Positions 36,749 through 47,152 of a DNA stretch of 55,931 nucleotides are shown piece by piece. The DNA is taken from positions 1 through 55,931 of IMG/VR virus record IMGVR_UViG_3300042305_001857; one strand, written 5' to 3'. The position numbers and the translations under genes are program-made. The notes below the pieces were generated by a model. That model was given only the letters and a program-made list of their open reading frames with translations, made no database searches and was not told where the DNA came from. The stretch comes from a virus (lineage: Duplodnaviria > Caudoviricetes). Numbering within the stretch: position 1 is the first letter of the stretch; the number at the start of each line of letters is the position of its first letter.

Positions 36749-37761
36749 GAAACGATATTAGTGCTGATGTTGTGATAGGGCTACAAGCCGGCGACGAATC
36801 AAAAGGAAAAATAACAAATACTCTTCTAAAAACTGGAAAGTATACTCACTGTATTAGATGGGCTGGTGGACATAACGCTGGACATACAATATATAAAGAT
36901 GGAAAAAAACTGGTAACACATGTTGTTCCAACTGGCGTTGTTCAAGGAGTTCGTTCTATTATTGGACCAGGATGCGTTGTAAACATTGATTTACTAACGG
37001 CAGAAATAGAAGAACTAAAACAGCAAGGTATTGATGTTCGTGGAAAACTTTTTGTTGATAAAAGAGCGCACATTATTACCGACAAACACCTGGAAGAAGA
37101 TAGACAAGATACAGCGATAGGAACAACAAAGCGAGGAAATGGTCCTGCTTATAGAGACAAATATAATAGAGCTGGCATAAGGTTTGAAGATATGCAAAGG
37201 CACAGAGATATTGATACAACAGATATTTACAATGAAATACACAACTCATCAAAACCTGTAAATATCCTTTTTGAAGGAGCACAAGGTTTTGGTCTTGATA
37301 TTGATTGGGGAGACTATCCATATGTTACATCTTCCACTTGTAATATCGGTGGTGCTGTATCAGCAGGTGTTCCACCGCAATCAATAAAAAGAGTTTTCGG
37401 TGTGGCCAAGGCATATCAAACATATGTGGGAACTAAAAAGTTTCAGCCACAAGGTCAAATATTCAACACTATTCGTGAAGCGGGCAGTGAATATGGAGCA
37501 ACAACTGGACGACCAAGACAAGTAAACTATTTTGATTTTGATGCTATTGTTATGGCGATAAATGTAAATGGCGTAACTGATCTAATCATTAGCAAAACTG
37601 ATATATTACAGCAAGTAAATGAATGGAAGTTGTATAAAGATGGTAAAGTTATTGATTTGAGATATGAAGATAAGTTTATAGACTACATCAAGACAAACAT
37701 ACTCAAAACTTGTTCTTCTGTGGAAGATATAACATTTTCCTATTCTCCAAGTGATATTTGA
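36745..37761 (+). CDS. purA: Adenylosuccinate synthetase (short form)
   Basis: 'GLQAGDESKGK', 'GGHNAGHT', 'IGTT.RGNGPAY.DK', 'EGAQG..LDIDWGDYPYVTSS', 'EYGATTGRPR'. Confidence 0.95.
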   Translation: MRNDISADVVIGLQAGDESKGKITNTLLKTGKYTHCIRWAGGHNAGHTIYKDGKKLVTHVVPTGVVQGVRSIIGPGCVVNIDLLTAEIEELKQQGIDVRGKLFVDKRAHIITDKHLEEDRQDTAIGTTKRGNGPAYRDKYNRAGIRFEDMQRHRDIDTTDIYNEIHNSSKPVNILFEGAQGFGLDIDWGDYPYVTSSTCNIGGAVSAGVPPQSIKRVFGVAKAYQTYVGTKKFQPQGQIFNTIREAGSEYGATTGRPRQVNYFDFDAIVMAINVNGVTDLIISKTDILQQVNEWKLYKDGKVIDLRYEDKFIDYIKTNILKTCSSVEDITFSYSPSDI

Positions 37762-37769
37762 GGTATAAT

Positions 37770-38006
37770 ATGAGAAAATGTAGTCTAAAATGCATAGAGT
37801 TAGAAACAGAATGTCCCAACACAGAATGTCGCTATTGGGTAGATCATCAAAATAGTCTAAACTGCACCTTTGTTGCCATAGAAAAAAATGGAGACATGGA
37901 TCTGCGAACAGTTGGAGATATAATAGGTGTTAGTTTCGTTCGCGTGAAACAAATACAGGACAAAGCGGTTTCAAAAATAAATAAAGTTCTAAAAATACTT
38001 GACTGA
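37770..38006 (+). CDS. Small Cys-rich protein with sigma-70 region-4-like HTH
   Basis: 'MDLRTVGDIIGVSFVRVKQIQDKAVSKI' matches the TLxEVGxxxxVTRERxRQIExxAL pattern. Confidence 0.7.
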   Translation: MRKCSLKCIELETECPNTECRYWVDHQNSLNCTFVAIEKNGDMDLRTVGDIIGVSFVRVKQIQDKAVSKINKVLKILD

Positions 38007-38066
38007 CGAAGATAAAAATAAAAACTATATATAAGTGTATAGCGTTTTTTGTTGGAGGTATTATGA

Positions 38067-38504
38067 ATGGAACAGCAATATACACTTATTATTGGTGGCT
38101 TGATAATACCTCTTTTTCTTCTTACCATGAAAGAGGTTTTTTCATGGCTAAAAGATAAAAATCTGCAAACAACAGACAATAAAATACTTCGTATAAGAGA
38201 TGATGTTGATTTTGCCAAAAGCAAGTTAGAAAAAATTGAATATAAAGTTGATGGCCTTGTGTCAATGAATAAAACTATGTATGAGTGGCACGACAAAGCC
38301 GACGAAGATGGTGTCAAAATATGGTATGTGCGCCGTAGCCTTGAAGAAGCATTACAGGAAAATGTAAAAGCAATAAATATACTTGCCAAAAATAGCGAAG
38401 TTCAAACCCGTTTGCTTGAAGATATGGTAAAACAAAACAAAGAAATCAGCAAAGATCAAATGATTTTATCGAAATTATTAGAAAGATTGATAGATAAACA
38501 ATAA
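38067..38504 (+). CDS. Membrane-anchored coiled-coil protein
   Basis: N-terminal TM segment; SD GGAGG; upstream ACTATATATA motif. Confidence 0.65.
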   Translation: MEQQYTLIIGGLIIPLFLLTMKEVFSWLKDKNLQTTDNKILRIRDDVDFAKSKLEKIEYKVDGLVSMNKTMYEWHDKADEDGVKIWYVRRSLEEALQENVKAINILAKNSEVQTRLLEDMVKQNKEISKDQMILSKLLERLIDKQ

Positions 38505-38574
38505 TATTTTTGGATTTCTGGATTTATAGCACTATTTACTGGTAGATTTCTTTATTTCGTAAGGGAGATATGTA

Positions 38575-39285
38575 ATGAGTAAGAAAAAACTATTAGAAGA
38601 AAGCACCATTCGCAGTTTTATGAAACTTGCGAATCTGCAACCACTAACCAACAAGTTCCTCAAAGAAAGCGAACACGAGGAAGAAAAGCATGAAGATGAA
38701 AAAGAAGAAATGAGTGAAGAAGAACTCAAAGAAGAAATGAGTGAAGAAGACGCCAAAGTAAAAGAAGAAGCCAAAACACTAACCCCACAAAAACCAGGTA
38801 AAATGGACGCAGCAAAACACGCTGCTCCGGATGCCAAACTCAAACCACTAAAAACCGGAACACATCATTCCGACAAGCCAGATAGCATTGAAACCAAAGA
38901 TCATTCAAATGCTCCAAAAAAGAACAACTCAACATTTGAAGTTGTTAGTGAAAATCTTGAAGAAGAAGAAGTGAAAATGGAAGCAGATGACATGACTGGT
39001 AGCGATGCAGCCGGTGAAGGCGAAGAACACCAAGAAACTGTAAAAGATGCCATTCAAAAAATCCTTGGTGCTGTTTCACAAATAGCACAAGAATATGGCG
39101 TTGAAATGGATGTTCAATCTGGCGAAGAAGAAATGGAACCAGAGGCACCACCAGCAGATATGGCACCAGAAGCACCACCTGCCGCAGATGATAAAATGAT
39201 GGAAGAAAAACTTGACCAAATGGTTGAAGAACTAACCAAACGAGTTGCTGCTCGTCTTGTAAAAGAATCCAAAAAGAAACGCTGA
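38575..39285 (+). CDS. Acidic low-complexity protein, possible head scaffold/internal protein
   Basis: 'LLEESTIRSFMKLANL', Glu-rich repeats, 'MVEELTKRVAARL..E'; ACTATTTA upstream and a terminator downstream. Confidence 0.5.
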   Translation: MSKKKLLEESTIRSFMKLANLQPLTNKFLKESEHEEEKHEDEKEEMSEEELKEEMSEEDAKVKEEAKTLTPQKPGKMDAAKHAAPDAKLKPLKTGTHHSDKPDSIETKDHSNAPKKNNSTFEVVSENLEEEEVKMEADDMTGSDAAGEGEEHQETVKDAIQKILGAVSQIAQEYGVEMDVQSGEEEMEPEAPPADMAPEAPPAADDKMMEEKLDQMVEELTKRVAARLVKESKKKR

Positions 39286-39313
39286 TAAGTCTCTAAAATA
39301 AAGAAATCAAGGC

Positions 39314-39343
39314 AAGCCGGGATTATTTCCCGGCTTTGTCTTT
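39314..39343 (+). terminator. Rho-independent terminator
   Basis: AAGCCGGGA-TTATT-TCCCGGCTT followed by TGTCTTT. Confidence 0.65.
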
Positions 39344-39394
39344 GGTTTGACCGTTCGGTCTGCGTGTGCTATGGTAGGGGTCGGAGGTGTAGAA

Positions 39395-39898
39395 ATGCTC
39401 GCCGGTTCAGCGTGGAAATATACAGCAGATGATGAAGGACATATCTACCGTATTCAGGTAAATAATGTGCCTGATAATGCAACAAGAGACTATGTTGAGG
39501 AAAAACTCTCTGACTGGAATACCAGCGGAGAAGGATGGAACAACAACGGACAAATCCTTTTCTTTGTAAAGAAGTTTCCAGACACAGAAAAGTGGGAAGA
39601 ATGGGTAAAGTCATTTAGAGACTTCAACCTAAAAATCCTTGATCGTGAAGGAAAAGCAAAGAAACAAATCGTTACAGAAGTAAAGACAATAGAACAACCT
39701 GCAAGCAAGCGGGTTTGTTCAAAATGTAAAAAGCCAGGTCATAATCGCTCGACTTGCCGTGATTTCAATCGTAAAGAAGTGGCAGCACAAGTTATTGTTC
39801 CAACTGCTACTATTGTTGAGGAGAAAGGACAAAGAACATGCTCTATTTGTAAGCAGAAAGGTCACAATGCCCGAGGATGCGCAAGCAAACATAAATGA
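39395..39898 (+). CDS. Protein with two CCHC zinc knuckles
   Basis: CSKCKKPGHNRSTC and CSICKQKGHNARGC; SD GGAGG; promoter at 39347-39375. Confidence 0.75.
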   Translation: MLAGSAWKYTADDEGHIYRIQVNNVPDNATRDYVEEKLSDWNTSGEGWNNNGQILFFVKKFPDTEKWEEWVKSFRDFNLKILDREGKAKKQIVTEVKTIEQPASKRVCSKCKKPGHNRSTCRDFNRKEVAAQVIVPTATIVEEKGQRTCSICKQKGHNARGCASKHK

Positions 39899-40937
39899 AT
39901 ATATTCAGTATATAAATAAGTTGAATAAAGCACTTGATGCTGTTGCTTATGGTGCACAAGCAGTTATAGTAACTTTTAAACCACGAATAGCAATATTGCA
40001 TGGACCACGAGCACAAGCAGTAGTAAACAATCTAATACAATCAGGTAAAATAAAACATGCAAACCAAGTTACAGAACGAGGCAAATACGCAAAACGAGCC
40101 TATATTACAGAGTTTTACTGCAAGTAAGAAAACAGATTTGAAGTGTGGTGATCTTGTAAAAATCCTTGATGATCAGGGAAATCCGATTGAGTATGGATAC
40201 TTACTAAAAGAGCCAGTGAAAAATAATGGAGTTCTCTTATTGCATATCAAAACCCAGAGAACAAACAAAACTGTTGAAATGGCACTAACAAATGCAATCC
40301 AAAAGATTTAGAAACAATATGATTGAAGTTGGCGACCTTGTTGTTCCTGCTTGGAAAACACAAAAGCCACATGGTTTTGGTATTGTGTATGACATAAAAC
40401 AAGATATGCACAAGATAATGATAAGCGTTTGCTGGCAACTACAAGGAGCAACACAAGAACACATTACAGATATAAAAGTTGTTCAGCAAGTGCTTGACTA
40501 GGCGAGGAAAACATGCTATTATGATGTGGTGGTGGTCAAATATAAAAGGCGAAACAATGTCCGAAGACGATTTTTTTGAAATGCTTGATAACGGGTTATG
40601 CGCCGAGTTTGTTGAGTTTTTAGAAATAGTTGAAGGTAAAGGATATTACATTCCTTTTATAACAACTGTTTCTTATTTGACACACCCTGCAAGCAGAAAA
40701 TCGCTAAATATAAAAGAAAAAAAAGATGAATACCCAAACTAACCAAGAGGAGAAAATGAAAAAGATTACGGCAGGAAACCTTGTTCAATGGAATGGTGTT
40801 GAACGCACTCTTTCCGAGTTTATTGAGTGGCTTGAAGATAGGCCACATCTTGATAGCAAACATTCAAAGTTGTTGAGCGATCTAATGGTCGCATATAACA
40901 ACTTTTCAGACGATACAGAAATGGATCACGAAGAACT

Positions 40938-41672
40938 ATGAATAACAACAAAGGAAACAAAATGCTAAACAAAACTGCGAAGAACAAAGTATCATCAAGC
41001 AAAATGGCAAAAGCCGTTGAAGAAGATTTTCTTCGCTCGCTTTCACCGGGTAAAGAAGAAAGTCGCAAGATAGGTCTTTATTCAGAACTTGATGGTGAGA
41101 AAGCCGAAGTAGTTGTTTATAGTCTTCTACATCTGCACGAAACACGAACCAAAAGTGTTCCACGACCATTGACAGCGGCACAAAGAAAGAAACTTGAAAA
41201 AGCCATTGAAAATGAAGACATGGAAGCGCCGATTGATGTAAAGTTTGACGAAGTATCACAACCTATTGATTTCGTCATCAGCACTCCCGGTGGTCGTGCA
41301 AGTGATATGTTTAGTATCTATGATGTAATGCGTATGGTTCGCAAAGATTGTGATATTGAAACATTTGGTCTTGGTCAGGTTATGAGTGCAGGTGTTCTTC
41401 TTCTTGCAAGCGGAACAAAAGGAAAGCGTAAGATCGGTAAAAACTGTCGCGTAATGGTTCATCAAGTAAGTGCTGGAACAAGCGGTCCTCACCACGAAAT
41501 GATGAACGAGATTCAAGAGATTGAATACACACAGCAAAAGTATATCAAGTGTCTTGCTGCCGAAACAAAGATGAGTGAGATGTTTATCAAGAAACTCTTT
41601 GAAAGAAAGGTAAATATCTATCTATCTGCTGAAGAAGCGGTCCGTTATGGTATAGCCGACATAATTATCTGA
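40938..41672 (+). CDS. clpP: ATP-dependent Clp protease proteolytic subunit
   Basis: 'ISTPGG', 'IYDVMR', catalytic 'MSAG', 'MVHQ', 'YLSAEEAVRYGIAD'. Confidence 0.92.
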   Translation: MNNNKGNKMLNKTAKNKVSSSKMAKAVEEDFLRSLSPGKEESRKIGLYSELDGEKAEVVVYSLLHLHETRTKSVPRPLTAAQRKKLEKAIENEDMEAPIDVKFDEVSQPIDFVISTPGGRASDMFSIYDVMRMVRKDCDIETFGLGQVMSAGVLLLASGTKGKRKIGKNCRVMVHQVSAGTSGPHHEMMNEIQEIEYTQQKYIKCLAAETKMSEMFIKKLFERKVNIYLSAEEAVRYGIADIII

Positions 41673-41684
41673 GAGCACTACTTA

Positions 41685-41709
41685 TTCATACAAGAGAGAC
41701 TTGTATGAA
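41685..41709 (+). promoter_or_regulatory. Perfect 10-bp hairpin burying the GIY-YIG start codon
   Basis: TTCATACAAG-AGAGA-CTTGTATGAA, with ACTACTTA directly upstream. Confidence 0.65.
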
Positions 41710-42280
41710 AAGTGGTATATATCTAATAAAAAACACAGTAAATAACAAGGTTTATGTAGGTTCGGCAATCAATATTAGTAACCGATGGTCAAGACACAAA
41801 CACGATCTAAAAGAAGGTAAACATCATTCCGAACACTTGCAAAAATCTTGGGATAAATATGGAGAACAAAGTTTCACATTTGAAATCTTAGAAGAAGTAA
41901 CAAACCCAGAACATTTATTAGCATACGAACAAGTTTATCTGGACTATTACAAGTCTTTTGAAGTTGATAGAGGCTACAACATGTGCAAGGTTGCCGGCTC
42001 TCATCTTGGAATGAAGCGCAAAGAAGAGACAATAAAGAAGCTCAAAAATAGAATTATAAGCCAAGAAACAAAACACAAATTGAGTGAAGCACAAAAAGGC
42101 AGAATATTCAGCGAAGAAACAAAAAAGAAAATAGGTGAAGCAAATAGTGGTAGAAAACGAACAGAAGAAACAAAAACAAAAATGAGTGAAGCAAAAAAAG
42201 GTAAAAAACGCAGTGAAGAAACAAAAAAGAAAATAAGTGAAACAAAAAGAACATTAGCAAAGAAGCAAGAAAAAAATTGA
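41705..42280 (+). CDS. Free-standing GIY-YIG homing endonuclease with NUMOD3 repeats
   Basis: 'SGIYLI.N..N.KVYVGSA', 'RW..H', 'GYN' and repeated 'SEETKKKI/MSEA'. Confidence 0.92.
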   Translation: MKSGIYLIKNTVNNKVYVGSAINISNRWSRHKHDLKEGKHHSEHLQKSWDKYGEQSFTFEILEEVTNPEHLLAYEQVYLDYYKSFEVDRGYNMCKVAGSHLGMKRKEETIKKLKNRIISQETKHKLSEAQKGRIFSEETKKKIGEANSGRKRTEETKTKMSEAKKGKKRSEETKKKISETKRTLAKKQEKN

Positions 42281-42302
42281 GCTAAGTAAAAGAGGCAATA
42301 CT

Positions 42303-43937
42303 ATGAAAAACAAGGTTGATATTGGCAAGTTGATAGAAAGGAAATATAAAGGTAACACTTTACAACTAAACGATCTGCTTGACGAGATTGACCTTGTTCT
42401 TCAAGAGAGTGACCAATCCTATCTTCATTCTAAAATCATTCCAGCAAACCTAGAAGAAAATCCAGAAACTGAAAATATCGCTTTTAGAATGGGACAAGTT
42501 GGTAACAGGAACTCGGTATCGCCAGAGCCAGGATACAGTGGAAAAGAACCATCGGAAGTTATACCAGACAAAATAGCAGAAGCACCTCAACAGGCTCTTC
42601 AAAAACAAGTTGACTTCACAATAAAAGTCCCTGACCTTTACTCATTGATGACAAATCCCAAAGCAATGAGTCCGTCATCAGAAGATAGAAAAACCATAAA
42701 TGATATAATGGCAAATATAAATGCGCCAATAAATACCTGGTATGGTAGAATTCAGGCATTGAAAAAATATACATCACAACTTGGTGCTACTCCCTCTGCT
42801 GGTGTAAATATCACAGAAGCCATATCATCTTTGATGATATTGAATGTTTTGAAAAAAGTAAGTTTTTTTACGGATCAACCTGGAAAGCAGTTTGAATATA
42901 TATTTTCTGCTATTATGCACCCAGAAGCCAAAGTTATTGGGGATGAAGCAGAACAAGTAGAAGATGTTGGCTCTCCCACTGGAAAAGTAAGTTTGAAGTT
43001 TTTACAAACAGGTGAACCAACAATCAAAGCTAGTGGTGAAAATCTACGAAATGCAATAAATGTAAAAGATGTTGACAATGCTTTCGTTGACTATATCGTA
43101 GTTCGCTGTTATGGAACCGGTGTTATACAGTTTGGTCGTATTGGGATCACAAATGTAAAAGAGTTTGTTGATAAACACTATGAAATAGTAAAAAACTTCT
43201 CAGACAAAAGTTTATTGATGGCGTTGAGGGAACCAGACTCTCGCGGAATAGAAGGACGTCCTGCTTATGTTCTCTACCTAAAAGAAGGTGGAGTAACGAC
43301 TGCTGCTACCTCGCAAAAAACTATTTCAAGCAAAGATAAACTTGAATATGATATTCTTGGATTGAAGATTCCGTCAGATTCATATAATAAAAAAATAGAT
43401 GTTCTTGGTGGAAAAACCCTTAGTTCATATGTTAACGAACTACAAGCAAACAAAAATGACATCAAAAAGTTACAAAAACTCTTATCTTTTTTTCCGCAAT
43501 ACACTTCTTTGTCTCCACAGGACAAACAACAAAATACACAAAATATTGCCAACGATGTTGTAGATTATGTAAGAAAAAGAACACAACAAATAAAAAATAT
43601 CCTATCATCTGTTCCTGGTTTACAAAAAGAAAATAAAAACCTCCTACAAGAAGAAAACTTTACCATCACCAGCATTTGGAAAAATATTGTTGTTGAAACA
43701 CTTGATCTTGGGGATGTTGAAAAATATAACGAACAACAACTTGTTGTCAGCGATTCAATACAAAAAATGTATGTTGATGTATTGGAAAACTTGGATTCTC
43801 TAAACAAAAATATAACTTTATATTTTGCAACAGAACAAGGCAAAAATCAAAATGCTGGTGAACAAGCAAAAACAAATGCCAAAAACATTGTTGAATCCGT
43901 AAACAACATACAAGGTTCTGGCAATACTGAGAAATGA
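42303..43937 (+). CDS. Large hypothetical protein (possible PD-(D/E)xK-like central segment)
   Basis: 544-aa ORF; 'GKQFEYIF...EDV...VSLK'. Confidence 0.6.
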   Translation: MKNKVDIGKLIERKYKGNTLQLNDLLDEIDLVLQESDQSYLHSKIIPANLEENPETENIAFRMGQVGNRNSVSPEPGYSGKEPSEVIPDKIAEAPQQALQKQVDFTIKVPDLYSLMTNPKAMSPSSEDRKTINDIMANINAPINTWYGRIQALKKYTSQLGATPSAGVNITEAISSLMILNVLKKVSFFTDQPGKQFEYIFSAIMHPEAKVIGDEAEQVEDVGSPTGKVSLKFLQTGEPTIKASGENLRNAINVKDVDNAFVDYIVVRCYGTGVIQFGRIGITNVKEFVDKHYEIVKNFSDKSLLMALREPDSRGIEGRPAYVLYLKEGGVTTAATSQKTISSKDKLEYDILGLKIPSDSYNKKIDVLGGKTLSSYVNELQANKNDIKKLQKLLSFFPQYTSLSPQDKQQNTQNIANDVVDYVRKRTQQIKNILSSVPGLQKENKNLLQEENFTITSIWKNIVVETLDLGDVEKYNEQQLVVSDSIQKMYVDVLENLDSLNKNITLYFATEQGKNQNAGEQAKTNAKNIVESVNNIQGSGNTEK

Positions 43938-43967
43938 GCGAAAAACAAGGTCAAGCACAATAACCGC

Positions 43968-43995
43968 TTGACTTCCTAAAAAATGATCGTATAAT
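43968..43995 (+). promoter_or_regulatory. Sigma70-type promoter (TTGACT-16-TATAAT)
   Basis: Upstream of groEL. Confidence 0.7.
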
Positions 43996-44017
43996 GTCTC
44001 ATAAACCCGAGGTTTAG

Positions 44018-45592
44018 ATGAGTAAAGTATTTTGTCGTGAAAAAGCACTAAATGATAAACTATTGCAAGGCATCAATATACTGGCAGACAATGTTGCTTC
44101 CACAATGGGACCAAGAGGTCGCACAGTCATTATACACGAACGAGATCGTCGTCCTTTTGCCACAAAAGATGGTGTTTCAGTCAGCCGAGCAATAACCATA
44201 ACCGATGATCCGGTTGCCAATGTTGCTGTTCAAATAATGAAACAAGCAGCAGAAGAAACAGCAAATACAGCAGGCGACGGTACAACTACAAGCACAGTAT
44301 TGGCACGTTCTATTCTTGTTGAGAGTCAAAAATATCTTGCTGCTGGTATTTCTCCAATAGAAATAAAGCGAGGCATAGATAAAGTTGTTGGTGCTCTCAC
44401 TGTAAAAGTAAAAGAACTTGCCAAACCAGTAATGAAACTTGAAGATGTAGAAAATGTTGCTACCATCTCAGCAAATGGCGATGTTGCTATTGGTAAGTTG
44501 ATTGCCGAAGCAGTTGATCTAACTGGTAAAGATGGAGCAGTTACAATCAAAGAAGGAAAGTCTTTGCAAACCACACTTGAAGTGGTTGAAGGTTTTCGTT
44601 TCAAAGGCGGTATTGCTGCCGGTCAGTTTATTACAAATGAACGACTTGGCATCATGAAACACGAGAAACCACTGTTTCTTGTAACAGACGAAAGAGTTGA
44701 TGATATTTCACAACTTATGCCTACACTGGAACTTGCTGCACGGGCAAAGCGAGCACTTGTTATTGTTGCTGATGATATATTTGGTGAAGCACTTGCCGCT
44801 CTTATTGTGAATGCTATGCGTGGAAGCATGAAAGTTGCTTCTATCAAAGCACCTTCATATGGTCGTGATAGGTTCAATACTCTACAAGATATGGCTATTG
44901 CGGTTGGTGCTACATTTATTTCAGCCCAAACTGGAAAAACGCTTGCCGATGTAAAACTTACCGATCTTGGTAGTGCTAAAACTGTTGAAAGCAATAAACT
45001 TTGGACCACTATTGTTGGTGGAGAAGGCGACCCAGAAGTTATTTCTTCTCGTATTGAATCTTTGCGCGAAGAGTTCAAAATAACAGAAGATATGGGTGAG
45101 TGTGAAAAAATACAAGAACGCATCACTCGTCTTTCCAGTGGTGTTGCCACTATTCATGTTGGCGGAACAACAGAAGTAGAAATGATTGAAACAAAACACC
45201 GTATAGAGGATGCTCTTGAAGCAGTTCGTTCAGCACAAGAAGAGGGTATTGTTGATGGTGGCGGTGTTGTGCTTATCAAAGCATTTAGTAAACTGAAAGA
45301 GAAAGAACTAAACCTTGAAAACGAACAGCAACAAGTGGCCTTCAAGATCATTCAACAAGTTGTTGAAGCACCACTTCGTCAAATGTTGAAAAATGCTGAC
45401 GAACCAGCAGATGTTATTATAGCAAATATCAAAAAACGAGGTGTTGGTTACAATATTGCTACAAGAAAGTATTGTGATCTACTTGCCGCTGGTGTTATTG
45501 ATCCAGCAAAAGTATCTCGTGTTGCACTACAAAATGCAGCAAGTGTTGCCACAACGCTTATCACAACCAACTTTGCTATCATTGATGCTTGA
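44018..45592 (+). CDS. groEL: Chaperonin GroEL
   Basis: 'TMGPRGR', 'TKDGVSV', 'AGDGTTTS.VLA', 'VATISANGD', 'EDALEA.RSA.EEG', 'GVIDPAKV'. Confidence 0.96.
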   Translation: MSKVFCREKALNDKLLQGINILADNVASTMGPRGRTVIIHERDRRPFATKDGVSVSRAITITDDPVANVAVQIMKQAAEETANTAGDGTTTSTVLARSILVESQKYLAAGISPIEIKRGIDKVVGALTVKVKELAKPVMKLEDVENVATISANGDVAIGKLIAEAVDLTGKDGAVTIKEGKSLQTTLEVVEGFRFKGGIAAGQFITNERLGIMKHEKPLFLVTDERVDDISQLMPTLELAARAKRALVIVADDIFGEALAALIVNAMRGSMKVASIKAPSYGRDRFNTLQDMAIAVGATFISAQTGKTLADVKLTDLGSAKTVESNKLWTTIVGGEGDPEVISSRIESLREEFKITEDMGECEKIQERITRLSSGVATIHVGGTTEVEMIETKHRIEDALEAVRSAQEEGIVDGGGVVLIKAFSKLKEKELNLENEQQQVAFKIIQQVVEAPLRQMLKNADEPADVIIANIKKRGVGYNIATRKYCDLLAAGVIDPAKVSRVALQNAASVATTLITTNFAIIDA

Positions 45593-45635
45593 CAAACAGC
45601 AAACAAACTGATAGGCTTACAAAGCAGGAGAAAAG

Positions 45636-45989
45636 ATGAACCAGATAGTAAAAATCCAAATGAATGCCGACATCACTGATGTTACTGAACTGACAGCATT
45701 AACAATGGAACAGGTAACCTTTCAGGTTGAAGAACTAAGAAAGGTTGTAGTTAAATTGAAATCTCAACTAAGAGAAACAGACATTCTGTCTCAACAGGAC
45801 AGAGAACAACTAAAACAAACCTTGCCACAACTTGATGCAGCAAAAGAACTTCTATCTAAAATAGATATGAGGCTTGGTGATATTGCTTCTATAACTTCTG
45901 GACTCGTTTCAGTGTTTGAACCGAAACAGAAAGAACCAGAAATAGTAGCAGATACAGAGGAATCAAATGATATCGTCTCAACCAGGTGA
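45636..45989 (+). CDS. Hypothetical coiled-coil protein
   Basis: SD AGGAG; promoter-like TTGACA at 45589. Confidence 0.65.
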   Translation: MNQIVKIQMNADITDVTELTALTMEQVTFQVEELRKVVVKLKSQLRETDILSQQDREQLKQTLPQLDAAKELLSKIDMRLGDIASITSGLVSVFEPKQKEPEIVADTEESNDIVSTR

Positions 45990-46198
45990 TCCTATATGGA
46001 TAAGAGAAGGTGTTTTTGTAGCAAGTGAAGTTGGAACTGGCTTACCGGTCGGTATTATATTGAAAAAAGCAAGGCGTGGTATTTTTATTGAGAGAAAAGT
46101 TATAAATAGCAGAACTTATATAAAAACATATATTGACAGTCTTGGCGAACGTTTTGTAGAAGAACAAGAAGTATTAGAACTAAAATAAAGAGGAAAAA

Positions 46199-46480
46199 AT
46201 GCTGATAAAACTAAAAGAAGCACAAAAGATTGATTCAAGCAAAATAGATGAACATGGGCGTCTTGTTTCAAGTTCTTCCTTTGTTGTAAGAGAACTGCTT
46301 GTCAATCCAGAACATATTGTATCTATCAACGAGGATAACAGCAGAATGGGTGAAAAAATGAGCCGTGTTGAAACTACAAGAGGAGTTTTTACCGTGCTCG
46401 GAACACCAAATGAAATACAAGAGCAACTGACTGGAAACACTGGCACTTCTTCAAGAAGTAAAAAGGTTCTAAAAGACTGA
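46199..46480 (+). CDS. Hypothetical protein, FlbD-like pattern
   Basis: 'LLVNPEHIVSINE...TVLGTPNEI'. Confidence 0.45.
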   Translation: MLIKLKEAQKIDSSKIDEHGRLVSSSSFVVRELLVNPEHIVSINEDNSRMGEKMSRVETTRGVFTVLGTPNEIQEQLTGNTGTSSRSKKVLKD

Positions 46481-46740
46481 TGAAAAACTTTTTTACAGTT
46501 TATGTTCTAACTGACTGCCCTTATTGTAAGAGGGCAGTCTCTTTGTTGGATGAAAAGAACTTACCATTTATAATAGTTGTAATGGACAAAAACCCAGAGT
46601 TTCTACAAAAAGTAAAACAAGATATGAACCACCCCACTGTTCCAGTAATCGTTCAACACACACAACTTGGTGTTCGTGTTATAGGTGGATCCGACAATCT
46701 TGAAGATTTTTTACAGTCACAGGAGTTCAAAAATGATTGA
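46480..46740 (+). CDS. grx: Glutaredoxin
   Basis: 'CPYC', 'TVPVI', 'IGGSDNL'. Confidence 0.92.
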   Translation: MKNFFTVYVLTDCPYCKRAVSLLDEKNLPFIIVVMDKNPEFLQKVKQDMNHPTVPVIVQHTQLGVRVIGGSDNLEDFLQSQEFKND

Positions 46741-47152
46741 GTGTTCTTTTATTCCTATCAAAAAATCAATGTTTACAAATGATGAAGAAATGCGTCACGG
46801 TTTATATAGTGCAACAACATATAACTTCCCAGAGTTTGGAGATACAAAATGGGTTTTTTGTGCTTATCTAAAAGTAGATCACAAAAAATACTTTGACGAA
46901 GGCATGACGTCTAAACAACTGATTGATGGGTGTTTGGAATATCTAAACTACGTTCCAGAGCCTGTTCGTAAAACAAAAAAAGCACAAAAACCAAAATATG
47001 GTAAGATCCAACCACTTGTCTCTAAAATAACCGGTGAATATGATGTGAAATATAAAGATGATCGTGTGATAGTTCAGTTTATCACAGATGATCGAGAAAA
47101 CCCGCTCCTGTGGGGAGAAGGAATGAAAATCTAGGTTATAAGGAGATATAAT

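Noticed and set aside
38697-38750. GAAGAAATGAGTGAAGAAGA duplication
   Set aside because: Ordinary low-complexity coding repeat (KEEMSEE twice) in an acidic protein.
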